A DNA stretch of 31,922 nt, taken from Solirubrobacteraceae bacterium. Lineage in GTDB: Bacteria; Actinomycetota; Thermoleophilia; Solirubrobacterales; Solirubrobacteraceae. The notes below the pieces were generated by a model. It was given only the letters and a program-made list of their open reading frames with translations. It was not told the origin of the DNA and did not search any database. Where the stretch lies: positions 1-31,922 of the forward strand of contig DASZVK010000097.1 in assembly GCA_035547175.1 (NCBI GenBank), given 5' to 3'. The position numbers and the translations under genes are program-made. Each line of letters starts with the position of its first letter. Position 1 is the first letter of the stretch. Below, piece after piece: positions 9,286 to 18,139 of this stretch.

Positions 9286-11454
9286 ATGGCCGAGCGGTCG
9301 TTCGCCAACGAGGTCCAGGTGCTGCGCGAGGGCGCCGGGACGACGCTGCACGTCGAGGGCATCCTCGCCGTCACCAAGGCGCTGCTGCAGTCCGGCGTCG
9401 CCTACGTCGGCGGCTACCAGGGCGCGCCGATCTCGCACCTGATGGACGTGCTCGGCGACGCGCAGGAGATCCTCGCCGAGCTCGGCGTGTACTTCGAGAA
9501 CAGCGCGTCGGAGGCGACGGCCTCGGCGATGCTCGCCGCGTCGGTGCACTATCCGCTGCGCGGCGCGGTGACCTACAAGTCGACGGTCGGCCTCAACGTC
9601 GCCTCCGACGCGCTGGCCAACCTCTCCAGCGGCGGCGTCACCGGCGGCGCGCTGGTGATCCTCGGCGAGGACTACGGCGAGGGGTCGAGCATCATGCAGG
9701 AGCGCGCGCACGCGTTCGCGATGAAGTCGCAGATGTGGCTGCTGGACCCGCGCGTCGACGTGCCGACGATCGTGCAGGCCGTCGAGACGGGCTTCGAGCT
9801 CTCCGAGGCGTCGCACACGCCGGTGATGCTCGACCTGCGCCTGCGCTCCTGCCACGTGCACGGCAGCTTCGTCGCCAAGGACAACGTGCGCCCGCCGATG
9901 ACGGTCAAGCAGGCGATGGAGAACCCGGTCCGCGCCGTCGACCGCATCGTGCTGCCGCCGGCGAGCTTCCTGCACGAGAAGGAGAAGATCGCCGAGCGCT
10001 GGCCCGCGGCCGTGCGCTTCATCTCCGAGCGCGGGCTCAACGAGGTCTTCGCCGACGGCGCGGCCGACGTCGGGATCATCACCCAGGGCGGGCTCTACAA
10101 CACGCTCAACCGCTCGCTCGAGCTGCTCGGCTGCTCGGATCCCTATGGCCGCACGAAGCTGCCGCTGTACGTGATGAACGTGACCTATCCCGTCGTCGAG
10201 GAGGAGGTCGTCGCGTTCTGTGCCGGCAAGCGCGCGGTGCTGCTGCTCGAGGAGGGCCAGCCCGACTACATCGAGCAGAGCCTCAGCGCGATCCTGCGCC
10301 GCGCCGGCCTCGACACGGCGCTGCACGGCAAGGACATGCTGACGATGGCCGGCGAGTACACGACGACCGTCATCACGCGCGGGCTGTCGGCGTTCCTGCG
10401 GCGCCACCTGCCCGACGCGATCGAGCACGAGCCGGCGCTGCTGCGCGACGCGGACGACCCGGCGAGCCCGTTCGCGCCGCGCGTCGCGCCGCAGGTCGTC
10501 GGCGCGCGCGCCCCCGGCCTGTGCACCGGCTGCCCCGAGCGGCCGATCTTCAGCGGGCTCAAGCTCGCCGAGCGCGAGACCGGCAGGCACCACGTCAGCG
10601 CCGACATCGGCTGCCACCTGTTCGCGATCAACGCGCCGTTCGAGATCGGCGCGACGACGATGGGCTACGGCCTCGGCTCGGCCGGGGCGGCGGCGCTGTC
10701 GGCCAAGGACGCCGACCGGCCGAGCATCGCGATCATGGGCGACGGCGGCTTCTGGCACAACGGCCTGACCAGCGGCGTCGGCAACGCCGTCTTCAACGAG
10801 AGCCCACAGGTCGTCACGATCGTCGACAACAACTACGCCGCGGCGACCGGCGGCCAGGACCTGCTGTCCTCGAAGGCGCCGCTGCCGACCCGCTCGACGC
10901 AGCACCCGATCGAGAAGGCCGTGCGCGGCGTCGGCGTCGAGTGGGCGCGGACGATCGACGACACCTACGACGTCGGCGCGGTGCGCGACGCCTGGCTCGA
11001 CGCGCTGACCGCCGAGCAGCCGGGGCCGAAGGTGCTCGTCATGCAGAGCGAGTGCCAGCTCAACCGCCAGCGGCGCGTCCGCCCCGAGACGGCCAAGGCG
11101 CTCAAGCAGGGCAAGCGCGTCGTGCGCGAGCGCTTCGGCGTCGACGCCGAGACGTGCACCGGCGACCACGCCTGCATCCGCATCTCGGGCTGCCCGTCGC
11201 TGTCGATCAAGGCCAACCCCGACCCGATGCGCACCGACCCGGTGGCGACGGTCCTGTCGAGCTGCGTCGGCTGCGGCGTCTGCGGCGCCAACGCGCACGC
11301 GGCCGTGCTGTGCCCGTCGTTCTACCGGACCGACGTCGTCCACAACCCGACGCTGAGGGACCGGCTGCTCGCGCGCGTGCGCGCGTGGTGGATCCGCGTC
11401 GCGTCTCGCGGGATCGAGCGTCGCGCCGCGCGCTTCGAGCCGGTCGCGACCTGA
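9286..11454 (+). CDS. iorA: Indolepyruvate:ferredoxin oxidoreductase alpha subunit-like (TPP, Fe-S), 722 aa
   Basis: GYQGAP, KSTVGLNVASD, GLCTGCPER, DIGCH, TPP motif GDGG...DN...TGGQ, C-terminal ferredoxin-type Cys clusters (CTGDHAC..GCP; CVGCGVC..LCP). Confidence 0.9.
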   Translation: MAERSFANEVQVLREGAGTTLHVEGILAVTKALLQSGVAYVGGYQGAPISHLMDVLGDAQEILAELGVYFENSASEATASAMLAASVHYPLRGAVTYKSTVGLNVASDALANLSSGGVTGGALVILGEDYGEGSSIMQERAHAFAMKSQMWLLDPRVDVPTIVQAVETGFELSEASHTPVMLDLRLRSCHVHGSFVAKDNVRPPMTVKQAMENPVRAVDRIVLPPASFLHEKEKIAERWPAAVRFISERGLNEVFADGAADVGIITQGGLYNTLNRSLELLGCSDPYGRTKLPLYVMNVTYPVVEEEVVAFCAGKRAVLLLEEGQPDYIEQSLSAILRRAGLDTALHGKDMLTMAGEYTTTVITRGLSAFLRRHLPDAIEHEPALLRDADDPASPFAPRVAPQVVGARAPGLCTGCPERPIFSGLKLAERETGRHHVSADIGCHLFAINAPFEIGATTMGYGLGSAGAAALSAKDADRPSIAIMGDGGFWHNGLTSGVGNAVFNESPQVVTIVDNNYAAATGGQDLLSSKAPLPTRSTQHPIEKAVRGVGVEWARTIDDTYDVGAVRDAWLDALTAEQPGPKVLVMQSECQLNRQRRVRPETAKALKQGKRVVRERFGVDAETCTGDHACIRISGCPSLSIKANPDPMRTDPVATVLSSCVGCGVCGANAHAAVLCPSFYRTDVVHNPTLRDRLLARVRAWWIRVASRGIERRAARFEPVAT

Positions 11455-13118
11455 TGTCGAGCTGGTCCGAGGGGCGCCGGCCGATCACGCTCGCCATCCT
11501 CGCCCTCGGCGGCGAGGGCGGCGGCGTGCTGGCCGACTGGATCGTCGCGCTCGCCGAGCACGGCGGCTGGACGGCGCAGAACACGTCGGTGGCGGGCGTC
11601 GCCCAGCGCACCGGCGCCACCGTCTACTACGTCGAGATGCTGCCGCCGCCGGGCGAGGGCGACCCGCGGCCCGCCGCCCTCGGCGAGGGCCGCGCCGCGC
11701 CGGTGATGAGCATCTTCCCCACCCCCGGCGAGGTCGACGTCGTCATCGCCTCCGAGCTGATGGAGTCCGGGCGCGCGATCCAGCGCGGCTTCGCGACGCC
11801 CGACCGCACGACGCTGATCGCCTCGACCAGCCGCGTCTACTCGATCGACGAGAAGATGGCGCTCGGCGACGGCCGCGTCGACGGCGCCGAGCTGCTGGCG
11901 GCCGCCGCGCGCTCCTCCAAGCGGCTCGTCGCCGCCGACTTCGCCAGGCTCGCCGAGCAGGCGGGCACGGTCATCAGCGCGTCGCTGTTCGGCGCGCTGG
12001 CCGGCTCGGGCGCGCTGCCCTTCGCGCGCGAGCAGTTCGAGGAGCGCATCCGCGCCTTCGGCAAGGGCGTCGAGGCGTCGCTGGCGGGCTTCGCCGCCGG
12101 CTACGAGGCGGCGACCGCCGAGCCGCCGCGGCCCGCCGCCGAGCCGGCCACCTCCGCGGCGCTGCCGATCACCGCCTGGCCGCCGGGCGACGCGCCCGCG
12201 CCGCTCGACGACGAGGAGGCGGCCAAGGAGGCCGAGGAGCGGCGCCGCAACGAGATCGCCGCCGCCGACCCGGCGTCGCTCGTCGGCCCGGACCTGCGCG
12301 AGCTCGCGCAGCGCGTCGCCGAGCTGCCCGCGGCGTCGCGCTCGATGGCGCTGCACGGCATCGTCCGCACCGCCGTCTACCAGGACGTCGCCTACGCCGA
12401 GCGCTACCTCGAGCGCCTCGGCCGCTTCGCCGCGGTCGAGCCCGACCCCGGCGGGGCCGCCGCGCTGACGACCGAGGCGGCGCGCCACGTCGCGCTGTGG
12501 ATGGCCTACCAGGACACGATCCACGTCGCGCTGCAGAAGACCCGCCAGCAGCGCATGGAGCGCATCCGCGACGAGGCCCGGGCGCGTCCGGGCGATCTCG
12601 TCGAGGTGCGCGAGTTCCTGCATCCGCAGATCGACGAGATCACCGACACGATGCCCTCGCGGCTCGGCGCGCGGCTGCGCGAGGCGCGCTGGTTCGGCGG
12701 CCTCGTCCACCGGCTCACGCACAAGGGGATGATCCTCAACACCAGCTCGGTGTGGGGCTACACGCTGCTGAGCACGCTGGCGCGCATGCGGCCGCTGCGA
12801 CCGCGCTCGCTGCGCTTCGTGCGCGAGCAGGCGGCGATCGAGGCCTGGCTCGAGCAGGCGCTGGCGGCCGCCGAGGCCGACCCCGAGCTCGCCCGCGAGA
12901 TCGTCGAGTGCCAGCGCGTGCTCAAGGGCTACGGGGCGACGCACGCGCACGGCTCGGAGAGCTTCGCGAAGCTGATGGCGGCGGCCCGCTCGCTGGTCGG
13001 CGAGCCCGGCGCCGCCGGTCGCCTGGCGGCGCTGCGCGACGCGGCGCTGGCCGACGAGGACGGCAGGGCCCTGGACGCGGCGCTCGCCGCGCCGGCGCAG
13101 ACGGGCGAGGGCGGCTAG
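11454..13118 (+). CDS. iorB: Indolepyruvate oxidoreductase beta subunit family protein, long form with C-terminal extension, 554 aa
   Basis: ALGGEGGGVLADW, GVAQRTGAT, VDVVIASELME; C-terminal domain with CQRVLKGYG; TGATG overlap with iorA. Confidence 0.88.
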   Translation: MSSWSEGRRPITLAILALGGEGGGVLADWIVALAEHGGWTAQNTSVAGVAQRTGATVYYVEMLPPPGEGDPRPAALGEGRAAPVMSIFPTPGEVDVVIASELMESGRAIQRGFATPDRTTLIASTSRVYSIDEKMALGDGRVDGAELLAAAARSSKRLVAADFARLAEQAGTVISASLFGALAGSGALPFAREQFEERIRAFGKGVEASLAGFAAGYEAATAEPPRPAAEPATSAALPITAWPPGDAPAPLDDEEAAKEAEERRRNEIAAADPASLVGPDLRELAQRVAELPAASRSMALHGIVRTAVYQDVAYAERYLERLGRFAAVEPDPGGAAALTTEAARHVALWMAYQDTIHVALQKTRQQRMERIRDEARARPGDLVEVREFLHPQIDEITDTMPSRLGARLREARWFGGLVHRLTHKGMILNTSSVWGYTLLSTLARMRPLRPRSLRFVREQAAIEAWLEQALAAAEADPELAREIVECQRVLKGYGATHAHGSESFAKLMAAARSLVGEPGAAGRLAALRDAALADEDGRALDAALAAPAQTGEGG

Positions 13119-13948
13119 TGGCCAACGGCAACGGCTTCCCCCCGCGCGCCCTGCTGCTGACCGTGCTGGGCGCCTACGTGCGGCGGCTCGACGAGTGGAT
13201 CTCGATCGCCGGGCTGATCCGGCTGATGGACGAGCTCGGCGTCGACGAGCAGTCGGTGCGCTCGGCCGTCTCGCGCTTCAAGCGCCGCGGGATCGTCGTC
13301 CCCGAGCGCCGCGGCGGGGCGGCCGGCTACCGGATGAGCGAGTCGGGGCACCGGCTGCTGGAGGAGGGCGACGCGCGGATCTACGGTCGGCCGCGGGCGG
13401 CGCTGCTCGACGACGGCTGGGTCCTCGCCGTCTTCTCGGTGCCGGACTCCAAGCGCGCCGACCGCCACGCGCTGCGCTCGCTGCTGGCCTGGCTGGGCTA
13501 CGGGAACCTGTCCTCGGCGGTCTGGATCGCCCCGTGGCACGTCGAGGCCGAGACGCGCGAGGCGCTCGTCCGCCGCGGCCTGGCCGGCTACGTGCAGATG
13601 TTCCGCGCCCACTACGAGGCGTTCGGCACGCCCGCCGACCTCGTCGCGCAGTCGTGGGACCTCGCCGAGCTGCGAGCCCGCTACGTGGCCTTCCAGCGGG
13701 CGGCCGCGCCGATGGCGAGGCGCTGGCGCTCGCAGACGCCCGGCGGCCGCGACGCGTTCGTCGACCACGTGCTCGTGCTGTCGGAGTGGCGGCCGCTGCC
13801 GTTCCTCGACGCGGGCCTGCCGGTCGAGGCGCTGCCGCGCGACTGGCCCGGCCCGCGCGCGTGGGAGACGTTCCACGGGCTGGTCGAGCGGCTCGAGGGC
13901 CCGGCGTTCGACTACGTCCGCGAGGCGATCGGCGATGCGGCCAAATAG
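13118..13948 (+). CDS. paaX: PaaX-family transcriptional regulator, 276 aa
   Basis: LLLTVLGAY, SVRSAVSR wHTH, WVLAVFSVP, LGYGNL...VWIAP, WDLAEL, DAGLPVEALPRDWPG; TAGTG overlap. Confidence 0.9.
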   Translation: MANGNGFPPRALLLTVLGAYVRRLDEWISIAGLIRLMDELGVDEQSVRSAVSRFKRRGIVVPERRGGAAGYRMSESGHRLLEEGDARIYGRPRAALLDDGWVLAVFSVPDSKRADRHALRSLLAWLGYGNLSSAVWIAPWHVEAETREALVRRGLAGYVQMFRAHYEAFGTPADLVAQSWDLAELRARYVAFQRAAAPMARRWRSQTPGGRDAFVDHVLVLSEWRPLPFLDAGLPVEALPRDWPGPRAWETFHGLVERLEGPAFDYVREAIGDAAK

Positions 13949-13959
13949 GTAGTGCTGTG

Positions 13960-13987
13960 TTGACGACCGTCACAGAGACGCTATGTT
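13960..13987 (+). promoter_or_regulatory. Promoter/operator P3 (TTGACG-N16-TATGTT), copy 3 of the shared motif
   Basis: TTGACGACCGTCACAGAGACGCTATGTT, containing a perfect dyad TGACG-AC-CGTCA over the -35. Confidence 0.7.
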
Positions 13988-14015
13988 TGGAGCTGCGATG
14001 GCGATGCGCCCGGGG

Positions 14016-16379
14016 ATGAGGATCGCGGTGTCCGGCGGAGGACCCGCCGGCCTGTACTTCGCGATCCTCATGAAGCGCTCCCAGCCGGCGCACGAGATCA
14101 CCGTCTGGGAGCGCAACGCGCCCGACGACGCGTTCGGCTTCGGCGTCGTCTTCTCCGACGAGACGCTGACCGTCTTCGAGCACGCCGACCCGGAGAGCTA
14201 CGCGGCGATCACCGAGCAGTTCGCGCGCTGGACGGACATCGACATCCACCTGCGCGGCCAGGTGATCACCTCCGGCGGCCACGGCTTCGCCGCGCTCGGC
14301 CGGCGAGCGCTGCTGGGCATCCTCCAGCGTCGCGCGCTCGAGCTCGGGGTGACGATCCACTTCAACGCCGAGACGCCGCCCTACGAGGAGCTCGCCTCGC
14401 ACGACCTCGTGCTCGCCGCCGACGGCCTCAACAGCGCCCTGCGCCACCGCTTCGCCGAGACGTTCCGGCCGTCGCTGGACCCGCGCCGCTGCCGCTACAT
14501 GTGGCTCGGCACGGACCTCGTCTTCGACTCCTTCAAGTTCTTCGTCAAGGAGACCGAGCACGGCATCGTCCAGGTCCACGGCTACCCCTACGACGCGACG
14601 ATGAGCACGTTCATCGTCGAGGCCGGCGAGCGCTTCTGGCAGGGCGCCGGCCTGGACGCGATCGCGACCGAGGGCCTCGGCCCGGGCGAGAGCGACGAGG
14701 CGAGCATCGCCTTCTGCGCCGAGCTGTTCGCCGACGAGCTCGGAGGCCACGCGGTCGTGTCCAACAACTCCAAGTGGCTGCGCTTCACGACGGTCCGCAA
14801 CGAGCGCTGGCGCCACGAGAACGTCGTCCTGATCGGCGACGCCGCGCACACCGCGCACTTCTCGATCGGCTCAGGGACGAAGCTGGCGATGGAGGACGCG
14901 GTCGCGCTGGCGTGGGCCTTCCACGAGAACGGCGACGACCTCGACGCCGCCGTCGCCGCCTACGAGGCCGAGCGGCGCCCGATCGTGGAGAGCACCCAGC
15001 GCGCCGCCCAGGCCAGCCTCGAGTGGTTCGAGGGCATCGACCGCTACGCCGGCCAGGACGCGCTGCAGCTCGCCTTCAACCTGCTCACGCGCAGCCGCCG
15101 GATCACGCACGCGGAGCTGACGCTGCGCGACGCGCCGTTCGTGCGCCGCGTCGAGGAGGAGGCGCTCGACGCGCGGGTGGGCGGGCACGAGGTCGACGGC
15201 CGCATGCCGCCGCCGATGTTCACGCCGCTGCGCCTGCGCGACGTCGAGCTGGCCAACCGCGTCGTCGTCTCGCCGATGGACATGTACTCGGCCGTCGACG
15301 GCGTTCCCGGCGACTTCCACCTCGTCCACCTGGGCAGCCGCGGCCAGGGCGGCGCCGGCCTGGTCATGACCGAGATGGTCTGCGTCTCGGCGCGCGGGCG
15401 GATCACCCCCGGCTGCACCGGCCTCTACGCGCCCGAGCACCTGCCCGCGTGGAGGCGGATCGTCGACTACGTCCACGCCCACGGCGGCGCGCGGTTCGGC
15501 TGCCAGATCGGCCACTCGGGGCGCAAGGGCTCGACGAAGCGGATGTGGGAGGGCATCGACCAGCCGCTCGAGGACGGCAACTGGCCGCTGATCGCGCCCT
15601 CGCCGCTGCCCTACTACGCCCACAGCCAGGTCCCGCGCGAGATGACGCGGGCGGACATGGACGAGGTCCGCGACCAGTTCGTCGCCTCGGCGCGGATGGC
15701 GGCCGAGGCGGGCTTCGACCTGCTCGAGGTCCACGCCGGCCACGGCTACCTGCTGTCGTCGTTCCTCTCGCCGCTGACCAACCGCCGCACGGACGAGTAC
15801 GGCGGCAGCCTCGAGAATCGCGCCCGCTTCGTGCTCGAGGTGTTCGACGCCTGCCGCGCCGTCTGGCCCGAGCATCTGCCGATGTCGATGCGGATCTCGG
15901 CGACCGACTGGGCGCCGGGCGGCTTCGACGGCGACGACGCGGTCGCCTTCGCGCGCATGCTCAAGCAGCACGGCTGCGACCTCGTCGACGTGTCCACGGG
16001 CCAGGTCGTCCACGACCAGCGGCCCGCCTTGGGGCGCAGCTTCCAGACGCCGTTCGCCGACCGGATCCGCAACGAGGTCGGCATCCCGGTGATCGCGGTC
16101 GGCGCGATCTCGTCCTACGACGACGTCAACACGATCATCCTCGCCGGCCGCGCCGACCTGTGCGCGCTCGGCCGCCCGCACCTCTACGACCCGCATTGGA
16201 CGCTGCACGCGGCGGCCGAGCAGGAGTGGCCCCACGTCGCCTGGATCTCGCCCTACCAGGCCGGCCGTCGCCGGCCGGTGACGGGCAAGGACGCGGCCGC
16301 CAAGCCGGCCCCGCGCACGTTCGCCGGGCCCGCCGCCGAGCCGCAGCCGACGCTGTCCCGCCCGCCGATCGAAGCCTAG
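14016..16379 (+). CDS. Bifunctional 2-aminobenzoyl-CoA monooxygenase/reductase or salicylyl-CoA 5-hydroxylase/oxidoreductase (FAD monooxygenase fused to Old Yellow Enzyme domain), about 787 aa
   Basis: [45 protein letters not shown]; OYE half [50 protein letters not shown]; alternative ATGs at 13983/13998/14004. Confidence 0.9.
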   Translation: MRIAVSGGGPAGLYFAILMKRSQPAHEITVWERNAPDDAFGFGVVFSDETLTVFEHADPESYAAITEQFARWTDIDIHLRGQVITSGGHGFAALGRRALLGILQRRALELGVTIHFNAETPPYEELASHDLVLAADGLNSALRHRFAETFRPSLDPRRCRYMWLGTDLVFDSFKFFVKETEHGIVQVHGYPYDATMSTFIVEAGERFWQGAGLDAIATEGLGPGESDEASIAFCAELFADELGGHAVVSNNSKWLRFTTVRNERWRHENVVLIGDAAHTAHFSIGSGTKLAMEDAVALAWAFHENGDDLDAAVAAYEAERRPIVESTQRAAQASLEWFEGIDRYAGQDALQLAFNLLTRSRRITHAELTLRDAPFVRRVEEEALDARVGGHEVDGRMPPPMFTPLRLRDVELANRVVVSPMDMYSAVDGVPGDFHLVHLGSRGQGGAGLVMTEMVCVSARGRITPGCTGLYAPEHLPAWRRIVDYVHAHGGARFGCQIGHSGRKGSTKRMWEGIDQPLEDGNWPLIAPSPLPYYAHSQVPREMTRADMDEVRDQFVASARMAAEAGFDLLEVHAGHGYLLSSFLSPLTNRRTDEYGGSLENRARFVLEVFDACRAVWPEHLPMSMRISATDWAPGGFDGDDAVAFARMLKQHGCDLVDVSTGQVVHDQRPALGRSFQTPFADRIRNEVGIPVIAVGAISSYDDVNTIILAGRADLCALGRPHLYDPHWTLHAAAEQEWPHVAWISPYQAGRRRPVTGKDAAAKPAPRTFAGPAAEPQPTLSRPPIEA

Positions 16380-16389
16380 GAGCGCCCCC

Positions 16390-16809
16390 TTGCCCGACCA
16401 CGAGATCGTCAACCCGCCCTCGCTGCCCAAGCCGTCGGGCTTCAGCCACGGCGTGCGCGCCGGCGACGTCGTCCACCTCGCCGGCCAGACGGCGCTGGAC
16501 GCGGACATGAGGATCGTCGGCGAGACGATCGTCGAGCAGTTCCGCCAGGCGCTGGGCAACGTGCTGACGACGCTGCTCGAGGCCGGCGGCGAGCCGCGGG
16601 ACCTCGTCAGCCTGACGATCTACCTCACCGACGTCGCCGACTACCAGCGCCACGGCCGCGAGATCGGCGCCGTCTACCGCGAGCTGATCGGCGACTGGTA
16701 CCCGGCGATGGCCGGGATCGGCGTCACCGGGCTCTGGCAGCCCGAGGCGCTGATCGAGATCCAGGGCGTCGCCGTGATCCGCCAGCCCAGCCCCACCGAT
16801 CCCGCCTGA
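16390..16809 (+). CDS. RidA/YjgF family protein, 139 aa
   Basis: PSGFSHG, LAGQT, PAM..., LIEIQGVA; TAGGAG RBS before TTG. Confidence 0.88.
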   Translation: MPDHEIVNPPSLPKPSGFSHGVRAGDVVHLAGQTALDADMRIVGETIVEQFRQALGNVLTTLLEAGGEPRDLVSLTIYLTDVADYQRHGREIGAVYRELIGDWYPAMAGIGVTGLWQPEALIEIQGVAVIRQPSPTDPA

Positions 16810-16835
16810 ACCTTCCGACCACTGGAGGAGCCGTC

Positions 16836-17270
16836 ATGTCCGACACCATCAGCGAGGCCGTCCCGGTCGTCACCCGCGCCGGCCACGAGGACCAGCAGAC
16901 CGGTCAGTCCGGCGGCTGCGTGCGCGTCTCCGGCGTCGGCCCGCAGCACACGCCGGCGACGAGGATCTGGTTCGGCCGCGTCAGCAACGAGCCCGGCTAC
17001 CGCTCGCTGCCCCACCACCACGGCGAGGCCGAGACCGGCGGCTACGTGCTCAAGGGCGTCGGGCGCATCTACTACGGCGAGGGCTACCGCACGTGGGTCG
17101 AGATGACCGAGGGCGACTTCGTCTTCGTGCCGCCGCACATGCCCCACGTCGAGTGCAACATGAGCACGACCGACGAGCTGGTGTGGCTGACGTGCCGCAC
17201 GCCCGACAACATCGTCGTCAACCTGCCCGACGTCGAGGACTCCGAGCTGGAGGGGTACCGGCGAGCATGA
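16836..17270 (+). CDS. Cupin domain protein, 144 aa
   Basis: PHHHGEAET and GDFVFVPPHMPHVE cupin motifs; GGAGGAG RBS. Confidence 0.88.
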   Translation: MSDTISEAVPVVTRAGHEDQQTGQSGGCVRVSGVGPQHTPATRIWFGRVSNEPGYRSLPHHHGEAETGGYVLKGVGRIYYGEGYRTWVEMTEGDFVFVPPHMPHVECNMSTTDELVWLTCRTPDNIVVNLPDVEDSELEGYRRA

Positions 17271-18130
17271 CCGCCATGCCGATGCTGGCCGCGCTCGAGC
17301 TGCGGCCGGTGGGCGAGGCGTCCTTCGAGGCCACGCCCCAGCGCGTCCCCTGGCCGAAGGCGTACGGCGGCGACCTGGTCGCCGCCGCGCTCGCCGCCGC
17401 CGACCGGACCGTCGAGCCGGGCCGCGCCGTGCACTCGATGCACAGCTACTTCATGCGCCCGGCCGAGATCCTGCAGCCGGTCCGCTACGACGTCGAGGTC
17501 CTGCGCGACGGACGCTCCTACGGCACGCGCGAGGTGCGGGCGTTCCAGGACGACAGGCTGATCTACATCGCGCTGGTCTCCTACCACGTGCGCGAGCGAG
17601 GGCTCGCGCACCAGGCGCAGATGCCCGACGTCCCGGAGCCGGAGTCGCTGCCCTCCAGCGCGCAGGCGCTCGCGGGCGTCGAGGGCCCGGCGGCCGACTA
17701 CTGGTCGCACGACCGCAGCTTCGACATGCGCCACATCCCCTCGCCGGTGTACCTGAGCGTCGAGGGCGAGCACACGGGCCAGCAGGCGCTGTGGCTGAGG
17801 TCGTTCGGCCCGCTGGCCGACGATCCCGCGCTGCACCGGGTCGCGCTCGCCTACGCCTGCGACTACACGATCCTCGAGCCGGTCCTGCGCGCCCACGGCT
17901 ACGCGTGGATGGACGACGGCCTCGTGACCGCGAGCCTCGACCACGCGATGTGGTTCCACCGCGACGGCCGCGTCGACGACTGGGTGCTCTACGTCCAGAA
18001 CGCGGAGTCCGCCCAGGACGGACGCGGGCTGGCGCGCGGGCACTTCTTCTCGCGCGACGGCGTCCACATCGCGACGGTCCTGCAGGAGGGCGTGATCCGC
18101 ACCCCGGCCGCGGCGACCGCCGGCCGCTAG
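17267..18130 (+). CDS. Acyl-CoA thioesterase II (TesB-like double hotdog), 287 aa
   Basis: YGGDLVAAAL, HSMHSYF, RDGRSY, YACDYTIL, ASLDHAMWFHR; ATGA overlap. Confidence 0.88.
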   Translation: MTAMPMLAALELRPVGEASFEATPQRVPWPKAYGGDLVAAALAAADRTVEPGRAVHSMHSYFMRPAEILQPVRYDVEVLRDGRSYGTREVRAFQDDRLIYIALVSYHVRERGLAHQAQMPDVPEPESLPSSAQALAGVEGPAADYWSHDRSFDMRHIPSPVYLSVEGEHTGQQALWLRSFGPLADDPALHRVALAYACDYTILEPVLRAHGYAWMDDGLVTASLDHAMWFHRDGRVDDWVLYVQNAESAQDGRGLARGHFFSRDGVHIATVLQEGVIRTPAAATAGR

Positions 18131-18139
18131 GAGGCGACG

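Noticed and set aside
8368-11343. 991-aa minus-strand ORF, plus many other long antisense or alternate-frame ORFs (e.g. 1205-2929, 13278-14858, 17084-19153, 27090-28766, 28555-31203)
   Set aside because: They shadow genes with clear family motifs, are Arg/Ala/Pro/Gly-rich without motifs, and are the expected stop-poor artefact of very high GC.
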